Source: a virus (lineage: Duplodnaviria; Caudoviricetes). From it: 34,541 nt of DNA. The notes under the pieces were generated by a model, which made no database searches, had not been told where the DNA came from, and saw nothing but the letters and a program-made list of their open reading frames with translations. Positions 1-6,386 of this stretch are shown in pieces (the stretch's first letter is position 1; the number at the start of each line of letters is the position of its first letter). The DNA lies in the IMG/VR virus record IMGVR_UViG_3300016667_000345, positions 1 to 34,541 of that record; one strand, written 5' to 3'. A program made the position numbers and the translations under genes.

Positions 1-140
1 TTTGAGCAGGAGCCATAACCAAGGGTGTTGCCTTCCATATTGCCCACATAACAAAGGTCACGCGTTGCATAGGTAAAAAGGCTCACGATGAGGATTGCAA
101 GCATCCACATCACGATAACGCCACGCTTATTGAGTTTCAT
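1..140 (-). CDS. Small membrane protein, 5' part; runs off the window start and continues at 34541..34517 if circular
   Basis: Hand translation MKLNKRGVIVMWMLAILIVSLFTYATRDLCYVGNMEGNTLGYGSCS; hydrophobic N-terminus; GGAG upstream; joining the window end adds KMIDEVIG*. Confidence 0.7.
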   Translation of the reverse strand, partial: MKLNKRGVIVMWMLAILIVSLFTYATRDLCYVGNMEGNTLGYGSCS

Positions 141-141
141 C

Positions 142-315
142 TTAGTTCTCCATCTCTGCGATAAATGCTAGGGCTAGGGCTGAGTTTGTAATTGCATCTC
201 TGAGTGATTGCTTCATTAAGTCCACATCGCCTTCTTCGGCAGACCCGATGAGGCTTTGACCGATGTTGCAACAGTTATCTTGAATCTGCGTGAAAATCTC
301 TTTGTATGCGCCCAT
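142..315 (-). CDS. Hypothetical protein (57 aa)
   Basis: Hand translation MGAYKEIFTQIQDNCC...AEMEN*; GAGG upstream; packed between neighbours. Confidence 0.7.
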   Translation of the reverse strand: MGAYKEIFTQIQDNCCNIGQSLIGSAEEGDVDLMKQSLRDAITNSALALAFIAEMEN

Positions 316-316
316 T

Positions 317-496
317 TTATTTAACCTCTTTCATCCAACTAATCGGGAAGGCACAGTAAGTGCCATCATCCATCTTTACTGTAACTTTCATTGCAAAAGT
401 AACTGCTCTGCTTGCATCTTGGGCTGATTCAATAACGCCATACTCAATGCCTGAGTGATGCTTGATTTCAACACGCATATTGTCGCGAAGTAGCAT
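317..496 (-). CDS. Hypothetical protein (59 aa)
   Basis: Hand translation MLLRDNMRVEIKHHSG...WMKEVK*; TAATG coupling to upstream gene. Confidence 0.7.
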   Translation of the reverse strand: MLLRDNMRVEIKHHSGIEYGVIESAQDASRAVTFAMKVTVKMDDGTYCAFPISWMKEVK

Positions 497-735
497 TATG
501 CACCTGCCTTGATTTTGTTATAGGGATGGTCGGGTGAATTCCAAGGTACGCAAGTTTCGCAAACTAGATTCTCGCCACCAAGAAGGTGGGTGTAATACAT
601 CGCCCAGTTGCCAAGCGGAGTGCGATGCTTCTTTGCATTTGGCTTTGCCTGAATAGCGCAACGCAGATACATTCCTGCGTGGTCATCGCAAGTCACATCG
701 CCATTATCTGAAACCCATAAACGCTGAGTAGTCAT
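496..735 (-). CDS. Hypothetical Cys/His-containing protein
   Basis: ORF track; TAATG coupling at both ends; CxxH and CxxC motifs. Confidence 0.75.
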   Translation of the reverse strand: MTTQRLWVSDNGDVTCDDHAGMYLRCAIQAKPNAKKHRTPLGNWAMYYTHLLGGENLVCETCVPWNSPDHPYNKIKAGA

Positions 736-941
736 TATGCACCTACCTTTACAATCTCAAAGTATTTTGCCTTTGCATCTGCGATTGTTGGTGCAGATGT
801 AAGTGCAGTGAAATAAGCATCTGTTGAATTCTTGCGAGAAATAATCCATTCTGAAGCACCACCGCTATAAGGCACATAATCAATTCGATATTCTTGATTC
901 AAGCTGACGAACTTGCCGCGATTGATTTGAAAGAGTTGCAT
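735..941 (-). CDS. Hypothetical protein, first gene of leftward operon
   Basis: ORF track 735..980; ATG at 941 preferred because the upstream TTG lies in a hairpin. Confidence 0.65.
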   Translation of the reverse strand: MQLFQINRGKFVSLNQEYRIDYVPYSGGASEWIISRKNSTDAYFTALTSAPTIADAKAKYFEIVKVGA

Positions 942-955
942 TTTCTGATCCGTTC

Positions 956-1160
956 TATTGGAAACCCGTTCGTTTTCCAATACCTGAACGATACCATCTG
1001 TATAGACAGGTGAGTGTCAATACAGGGAGATTTAGGTAACATTTTGGTAACGGATTCCTGCAAGATTTTGCCGATTTTCTTGCAAATGCAAGACCCGTAG
1101 GAGCCGTTTTGAGCGTGTTTGGGGCAAAAGATAGGTAATCCTGCTCCTACGCCCTAGAAT
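956..1160. promoter_or_regulatory. Divergent promoter/operator region
   Basis: Noncoding gap between divergent genes; minus-strand TTGACA (1015-1020) and TGgTATCGT; plus-strand TAGAAT (1155-1160); palindrome TCTTGCA-AA-TGCAAGA (1078-1093); GGTAAC repeats at 1035 and 1046. Confidence 0.55.
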
Positions 1161-1167
1161 TGCCCCT

Positions 1168-1716
1168 ATGACTACCATCGTGGGCTATCAGGGGGCTGAT
1201 TTTGCCATCCTAGGGGCTGACTCCCAAGTTACCGATGGGGATAAGCGCATCCTCAGCCCAAGCACGCCCAAAATCATTAAGCTCGGCAGGTACCTCTTGG
1301 CAGTTTCCGGCGATTGCCGAGCAGGAGACATCCTGACCTATAACTGGAAGCCACCTCTTTACGATAAGTCTGATCCGATTAAGTTTATGGGTGGCAAGGT
1401 CATCCCTAGCATCATTTCTGCTTTCAAGGCGCAGGGGTATGACTGGACTAAAGAGGGAGTCTCATATTCCTACCTGCTTGCCTTTGCTGGCAATCTCTTT
1501 GAAATCGGCGATGACCTATCTATGACTCAATCTTCAGATGGTCTCTATGGCATCGGCTCGGGCAGTGCCTACGCGCTTGGGTACCTCGCGGGGCGCTTGC
1601 CATCGCTGGTTGAACTCGACCAAGCGCAATCAAGATTTATCAGAGCGCTTGAGATTGCTTCCAAGTATGACATCAACACCTGCGACCCATTCCAAATTGA
1701 GGTTCAAAAAGCCTAG
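1168..1716 (+). CDS. HslV/proteasome beta-subunit-like Ntn peptidase
   Basis: N-terminal M-TTIVG, ADSQ, conserved Lys in TPKII, GIGSGSAYALG. Confidence 0.85.
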   Translation: MTTIVGYQGADFAILGADSQVTDGDKRILSPSTPKIIKLGRYLLAVSGDCRAGDILTYNWKPPLYDKSDPIKFMGGKVIPSIISAFKAQGYDWTKEGVSYSYLLAFAGNLFEIGDDLSMTQSSDGLYGIGSGSAYALGYLAGRLPSLVELDQAQSRFIRALEIASKYDINTCDPFQIEVQKA

Positions 1717-1725
1717 CGCCTTGGC

Positions 1726-1753
1726 GTGTCACCTGTTTAATCTAAGGTACTTT
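1726..1753 (+). promoter_or_regulatory. Putative early promoter
   Basis: GTGTCA-16 nt-TACTTT in an intergenic gap; shares TCACCTGT..GGTA with the leftward promoter. Confidence 0.35.
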
Positions 1754-1788
1754 ATGGCACCCTAAAGGCAACACGAAAGGAACGGAAA

Positions 1789-1914
1789 ATGGAATTGTTT
1801 TTAGTAGCAACTGGCAGTGTTTTAGCAATGCTCTTTGTATTTTGGATGATTGTGAGCAAAGATAAATTCTTAGATGATGAGCTGAACTCTTCACCTTGGG
1901 AGCGTGATAAGTAA
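1789..1914 (+). CDS. Small membrane protein (41 aa)
   Basis: Hand translation MELFLVATGSVLAMLFVFWMIVSKDKF...; GAAAGGA upstream; TAATG coupling downstream. Confidence 0.7.
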   Translation: MELFLVATGSVLAMLFVFWMIVSKDKFLDDELNSSPWERDK

Positions 1915-2267
1915 TGCGCGATCCATTGTTTTCAGTTCACACCACCGATTCCGGTGCAGTCTGCCTCTACTTGGAAGAGCAAGAGGCTTGCCTTGATGTA
2001 GTCGAGGATGTCTTAAACTTCAACTCCATCAATGACCTAGACGAACTCAAAGGCGCAGCATTTACTAGTCTGAAAGAAGAAGGCGCGGTTGAGCGCTTAG
2101 ATAAGGCTCGCAATCAGTTGCCTGAGATGGCTCTCAAAATTGCCATAATGACTGAGGATGAGGCTTTCAATCTCTGCCAAGATATTATTTCAAGCATCAA
2201 GAAGCGCCGAATCTTTAATGCCGATGAGATGGCATCTAAGGTCGCAAAGTTGAGGTTGGTGGAATGA
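1914..2267 (+). CDS. Hypothetical protein
   Basis: ORF track; coupled overlaps at both ends. Confidence 0.75.
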   Translation: MRDPLFSVHTTDSGAVCLYLEEQEACLDVVEDVLNFNSINDLDELKGAAFTSLKEEGAVERLDKARNQLPEMALKIAIMTEDEAFNLCQDIISSIKKRRIFNADEMASKVAKLRLVE

Positions 2268-2485
2268 CCCACGATGAATTGCTTGAAAAGATTGACTGGA
2301 ATTTAAGACAAGCCGTATACGATGTATGGTCAATTCAAGCAAAGAAAACGGAATCTTCTTTCAAAGCCCTTCGTGCAGTAGTGGAATTGCATTATCAGCA
2401 AAATGAAGGTGGGTATTGTGATGTATGCCCTGACTATGAATACCCTTGTCGAACTATTCAGGCTATTGAGAAGGAGTTGGGATGA
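2264..2485 (+). CDS. Small Cys-rich protein, MTHDEL paralogue 1
   Basis: MTHDELL...ALRAVVELH...CxxC...YPCxTIQAIEKEL; ATGA overlaps. Confidence 0.8.
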   Translation: MTHDELLEKIDWNLRQAVYDVWSIQAKKTESSFKALRAVVELHYQQNEGGYCDVCPDYEYPCRTIQAIEKELG

Positions 2486-2625
2486 CCCACGATGAATTGC
2501 AGAACAATAGTTCTGATACTGGAACTAAAGTTCCTATGACCCACGATGAATTGCTGGCAAGGTTAAATGATTATGGATATGGAGTTCCGCCACTTAATGC
2601 CCTTCGTGCAGTAGTGGAATTGCAT
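2264..2625 (+). repeat. Direct repeats: ATGACCCACGATGAATTGC x3 (2264, 2482, 2536) and GCCCTTCGTGCAGTAGTGGAATTGCAT x2 (2366, 2599)
   Basis: Exact matches read from the sequence. Confidence 0.9.
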
Positions 2626-2733
2626 AAGCCTGACCCTGATTCTTGTCCTTGTTGTGGTCCAGTATTAGATGTCTGCGGAGTTGAATATCCCTGCCCAACC
2701 ATTCAGACTATTCAAAAGGAACTCAATGGCTAA
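2482..2733 (+). CDS. Small Cys-rich protein, MTHDEL paralogue 2 with duplicated N-terminus
   Basis: Same motifs as the preceding gene; second MTHDEL start at 2536. Confidence 0.8.
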   Translation: MTHDELQNNSSDTGTKVPMTHDELLARLNDYGYGVPPLNALRAVVELHKPDPDSCPCCGPVLDVCGVEYPCPTIQTIQKELNG

Positions 2734-3079
2734 TCCAAACGGCAGAAAAGGCTCAACCTTTGTTTCGGCAGTGCGCGATTGGTTACGATCCAAAGGCGCA
2801 CTCGCTGAGAAGTTGGCGCTATCGGGTGCCAAAGATGAAGGCGATATGGCGGTAGTGGTCGCAGGTCAAACTTATGTATTTGAGCTGAAGAATCATAAGA
2901 GCTTGAGTCTGCCGGAATTTTGGAGACAGGCGCAGGTCGAGGCAATCAACTATGCCAAGGCACGCGGATTGGAAGAGGTGCCACTGCACTATGTAGTTGC
3001 CAAACGAAGGAACGCCAGCATTGAGCAAGCCTGGGTGATTCAAGATTTAGAGCAGTGGTTAAAGGAGAAGCAAGGGTGA
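2726..3079 (+). CDS. Holliday junction resolvase-like PD-(D/E)XK nuclease
   Basis: MANPNGRKG.F, DEGD, FELKN; AAGGA before ATG 2726. Confidence 0.75.
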   Translation: MANPNGRKGSTFVSAVRDWLRSKGALAEKLALSGAKDEGDMAVVVAGQTYVFELKNHKSLSLPEFWRQAQVEAINYAKARGLEEVPLHYVVAKRRNASIEQAWVIQDLEQWLKEKQG

Positions 3080-3543
3080 GATTTGAGATTGATTCACCTG
3101 ACTTTCCACAAGCGCAATGTGCGACAATGGATGACAAAGATTTCTTCTTCCCCAAGGCGGGGAAGCAAGAGGCAGAGAGACTGCCACAACTGCGTGCGAT
3201 ATGCGCCAGTTGTATCCACGAAAAGGAGTGTTTGGAATACGCAACGGAAAAGCAGATTGACTATGGCTTTTGGGGCGGTAAATCCGCAACCGAAAGACAT
3301 CAAGCGCGAGAGCCGAGAGTCCGAGGCTTTGCCCAAAAGGGTAGAGCCAAGAAAATCAAGGGTCTAGCCGAGGAAGGTAAATCTGCCGAAGAAATCTCAT
3401 CTCTTACTGGATTTCGTAAGCACTATGTTCATCGAATTCTTGCAGTGTTAAGAGGTGGGGCTAACAAAGGAGCTACACCATTACACAGACAGACAAAAAA
3501 CTTATCAAGAGACTTGCCGCCATCATCGGAGCGAGCATCTTGA
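3076..3543 (+). CDS. whiB: WhiB family Fe-S transcription factor with C-terminal HTH-like extension
   Basis: C...FFP...CxxCxxxxxC and GFWGG turn; GTGA overlap at 3076. Confidence 0.9.
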   Translation: MRFEIDSPDFPQAQCATMDDKDFFFPKAGKQEAERLPQLRAICASCIHEKECLEYATEKQIDYGFWGGKSATERHQAREPRVRGFAQKGRAKKIKGLAEEGKSAEEISSLTGFRKHYVHRILAVLRGGANKGATPLHRQTKNLSRDLPPSSERAS

Positions 3544-3911
3544 CCTCACTTACAGTTCAAGCAATAAACCCAACTCAGGCAGTGCCAGCGTTGGTTATCT
3601 ACAAGGAACGACCTGCTTTGATGCAGGTTGATCCGAAGCAAGTGGCACGCGAACTCTTGCACACGCGAGATTACAAGTGCTTTACGAAGTTGATGGGTGC
3701 CGAGAGCGCTTGGAAGGATACAAAGAATCCGACTAGTAGCGCCTCAGGGGTAGGGCAACTGCTCAAAGGTACTTACGAAAATCTTGGGATGAGAAAAGGC
3801 GAGTCGCGGGTGTCACAGACAGTTGCTGCGCTATCCTACATCGCAAGAAAATATGGATCAGGTGGCGCTTGCAAAGCCTGGCAACACCATAAAAAACATA
3901 ATTGGTATTAA
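3480..3911 (+). CDS. Lytic transglycosylase (SLT/lysozyme-like), probably secreted; ATT start proposed (track start 3540)
   Basis: AESAW catalytic Glu, SSASGVGQ, YIARKYG...CKAW...NWY; frame open back to 3465 encodes a signal-peptide-like segment. Confidence 0.75.
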   Translation: MTQTDKKLIKRLAAIIGASILTSLTVQAINPTQAVPALVIYKERPALMQVDPKQVARELLHTRDYKCFTKLMGAESAWKDTKNPTSSASGVGQLLKGTYENLGMRKGESRVSQTVAALSYIARKYGSGGACKAWQHHKKHNWY

Positions 3912-3932
3912 CCAATCATAGGGGGAACGGAT

Positions 3933-4250
3933 ATGAGCATAGAGTTAGAGGTAGGTGTCATCGAGCTGGATGAGACCGCACAGGCTTGGCTTTTGGCATA
4001 CAAGGATTACACCGCCAAGATTGCTGAACTGGAAGAGAAGCGTGCGATAGCACGCGAGCATCTTGAGTTCGCATTGGGGGAAGCCGAGACTGCGTGCGTG
4101 AAGGGGCATCCTGCAATTCGCTTTACGAAGGTCGAGTCAAAGAGATTTGACACCAAGCGTGCGCGGGAACTTTTACCTGAGCAGGTATTGGAAGCGCTTG
4201 AGGTTGTCACTTATTCGCGCCGATTCACACTGGTAAAGGATGATGAATGA
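3933..4250 (+). CDS. Hypothetical coiled-coil protein resembling the C-terminal region of YqaJ-type phage nucleases
   Basis: Coiled coil, then SKRFDTK...P...SRRF; resemblance from recall only. Confidence 0.6.
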   Translation: MSIELEVGVIELDETAQAWLLAYKDYTAKIAELEEKRAIAREHLEFALGEAETACVKGHPAIRFTKVESKRFDTKRARELLPEQVLEALEVVTYSRRFTLVKDDE

Positions 4251-4996
4251 CATTTACTCCACTCAAACCTGAACTTGAACTACTCGCCGATGAGTTAAAG
4301 CGCGAGTTGATTCAGGTCATTACCGAGGCTGGAACCTACTCACCGCGCTCTAAGCAGGTGAGCATCGGCCCATCGGAGCTAGGTGAGGAATGTACGCGCA
4401 AACTCGCTTACAAACTTCTTGATTGGGAGAAGGTCAATGTCACTGCAAGCGGATCGTGGGCAGCGCAAGTTGGCACTGCAATTCACGCTTATTTAGAGCA
4501 GGTTTTTAGCGGGAAAGAGAAGTATGCAACCGAAACTCGCGTAGAGATTCGAGCAGGTCTCAAAGGCACAGTGGACTTATTTCACAATGAGCGCAATATG
4601 GTGCTGGATTGGAAAACTAAATCCATCACAGGTGTAAAAGATAAACGCTCAAAGGGTGCTTCCAAGAAGGAAATTATCCAAGTGATGACCTACGCCTATG
4701 GCAAGGTCAAAGAAGGAATCAAGGTTGATTTTGTCGGCTTGGTTTATCTACCTACTGGCGGTCAAATCTCGGATATGTATATTGAGTTGCATCAATACAA
4801 TGAGCAGTATGTCATTGATGCCCTAGAGCGCATTGACAAGGTATATGAGCTACTTTCCACGATTGATGTCGAAAGCAATCCGCAGATGTGGGCGCATATT
4901 CCTGCGGTGCCTAGTTCTCTTTGTATGTATTGCCCTTATTTCAAACCTTTTAGCACTGATCCATCCGTTGCTTGTCCTGGGGATAGCAATGTGTGA
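4247..4996 (+). CDS. Cas4/RecB-like PD-(D/E)XK exonuclease
   Basis: GPSELGEECTRK, GTAIH, GTVD, DWKT, Q..Y, C-terminal CxxCPY...CP. Confidence 0.85.
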   Translation: MTFTPLKPELELLADELKRELIQVITEAGTYSPRSKQVSIGPSELGEECTRKLAYKLLDWEKVNVTASGSWAAQVGTAIHAYLEQVFSGKEKYATETRVEIRAGLKGTVDLFHNERNMVLDWKTKSITGVKDKRSKGASKKEIIQVMTYAYGKVKEGIKVDFVGLVYLPTGGQISDMYIELHQYNEQYVIDALERIDKVYELLSTIDVESNPQMWAHIPAVPSSLCMYCPYFKPFSTDPSVACPGDSNV

Positions 4997-5105
4997 GCGA
5001 GATGGGTGTGACTGCACTATGAAGATTCACGCCACCATCAACGATATAAAAAGAATTGAGCTGGAATCTAATCCAACCCAATACACAACTACCAACCAAG
5101 AATAG
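4989..5105 (+). CDS. Small hypothetical protein (38 aa)
   Basis: MCERDGCDC...; fills the gap and overlaps the upstream stop. Confidence 0.4.
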   Translation: MCERDGCDCTMKIHATINDIKRIELESNPTQYTTTNQE

Positions 5106-5116
5106 GGGGAAGCCAA

Positions 5117-5584
5117 ATGGCTTTCACAGCACCCGTATCAAACACCGAAGGAGTTAAGGTCGCAGACCTTAACGGACACCTTCTCATCGTCACCCCAGTT
5201 GAATATAAGACTGGCATCAACACAGTAAATGGAGTCGCAGAGGCGATTGAAGTTTCCGTTGTTGATTTAGATACCAATGAAGAGCATCACTCACTTCTTT
5301 GGTTCAACGTTGCACTGCGTAATGCACTCAAGCCTCTCATCGGCAATAAAGTTCTAGGTCGCATTGGACAAGGCGCTGCAAAGCCTGGCAAAAATGCACC
5401 TTGGATTTTGGTTGATGCAACTGGCGATGCAACCGCCGTTGCCAAGGCAAATGCTTACATTGCAGGTGGCATCAAAGCGCCAGCGCCAGTTGCCACCGCA
5501 CCCGCACCAACACCCACCGCATCCCTAGATGATCCTGCGGTACAAGCACTCTTGGCTCAGCTCGGGGCTAAACCAGTTGCATAA
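5117..5584 (+). CDS. Putative single-stranded DNA-binding protein
   Basis: Beta-rich OB-like core, position after exonuclease, Ala/Pro-rich tail. Confidence 0.55.
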   Translation: MAFTAPVSNTEGVKVADLNGHLLIVTPVEYKTGINTVNGVAEAIEVSVVDLDTNEEHHSLLWFNVALRNALKPLIGNKVLGRIGQGAAKPGKNAPWILVDATGDATAVAKANAYIAGGIKAPAPVATAPAPTPTASLDDPAVQALLAQLGAKPVA

Positions 5585-5641
5585 ATTGGTTTAAGAGCAG
5601 AGCAAGGCGCACTCATCTTTAGTCCTTTCTATGAGTGCGAA

Positions 5642-5703
5642 GGAGTGGCTGGCAAGCCGATGATGGGGGTCATCAAGTGGTTCGATTCCACTTACTCCAC
5701 GCA
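5642..5703 (+). ncRNA. Miniature tRNA-like cloverleaf (non-canonical)
   Basis: GGAGTG/TACTCC acceptor-like stem, GGCT-GGCA-AGCC D-like arm, GATGA-TGGGGG-TCATC arm, AGTGG-TTCGATT-CCACT T arm. Confidence 0.6.
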
Positions 5704-5744
5704 AGTTATAGCAAATTCACTATAGGCAGGGAACGGGGGAAATA

Positions 5745-6035
5745 GTGCCTAAAACTAAAACTTTGAAAGTTGAAGAATTTGGGTTGCGAAATCAAGTGAG
5801 TGAGGAATTTCTACGACAATGTGATTTGCCACTTGTGGAAAATTTAATCAGATTGGAATTAAGAAGAGATGCAGAAAATAAAGGTTACAGAGTTCTTTCA
5901 GAAATAACTGTGACGTGGGATGCGCGGAGTTTCAAATATATTGATAATTTTGATGGTGTTTTTGACTGTGAATCTACAGATGAGGGTGCTTGGCGTTATG
6001 TTTATGCGAGAGCGGAGGTAGTTAAAAATGCCTGA
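5745..6035 (+). CDS. Hypothetical protein
   Basis: ORF track; GGGGG upstream of GTG. Confidence 0.7.
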   Translation: MPKTKTLKVEEFGLRNQVSEEFLRQCDLPLVENLIRLELRRDAENKGYRVLSEITVTWDARSFKYIDNFDGVFDCESTDEGAWRYVYARAEVVKNA

Positions 6036-6192
6036 TTACGACTTCATTTGCGATTGCGGTCACAGCTTCACGCGCACTTTCAAGATGGATGAACTTCATT
6101 CGGCAAATTGCGATAAGTGTGGGCAGGTCGCAACCAAGATTTATGTAGCAGCAGCAGTTCACTTTAAGGGAACAGGCTGGGGCAAAGATTGA
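6028..6192 (+). CDS. FmdB-like zinc ribbon protein (54 aa)
   Basis: Hand translation MPDYDFICDCGH...CDKCG...VHFKGTGWGKD*. Confidence 0.85.
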   Translation: MPDYDFICDCGHSFTRTFKMDELHSANCDKCGQVATKIYVAAAVHFKGTGWGKD

Positions 6193-6386
6193 GCGTTTAT
6201 TCGTCACTATGTCGTGACCACGAAGATAAGTTCGATGTTGCTTTTTCTTGTGTTGAGGATGAAGTTCGAGTCATTATTTGGAAATGTGAAGATACTGGCA
6301 ACCAAGCAGAAATGTATCTAACTGGCGATGAGGCTTATCACTTTGCTTGCAAGTTGATTGAAGCAACTGGAAAGGCAAGAAGATGA
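6189..6386 (+). CDS. Hypothetical protein
   Basis: ORF track; TTGA/ATGA overlaps. Confidence 0.65.
   Translation: MSVYSSLCRDHEDKFDVAFSCVEDEVRVIIWKCEDTGNQAEMYLTGDEAYHFACKLIEATGKARR

Noticed and set aside
942-980. TTG-started N-terminal extension of the 735..980 ORF
   Set aside because: TTG lies in a 9-bp hairpin without RBS; ATG at 941 fits better
2264-2625. CRISPR mini-array from the 19-mer/27-mer repeats, with a Cas4-like gene nearby
   Set aside because: Repeats are in-frame coding sequence with irregular spacing (218 and 54 nt); stand-alone Cas4-like nucleases are common in phages; no other cas genes seen
5642-5703. Canonical tRNA-Pro (TGG/GGG)
   Set aside because: About 60 nt, 6-nt loop, 6-bp acceptor stem, no linker before the D arm, no CCA; kept only as tRNA-like
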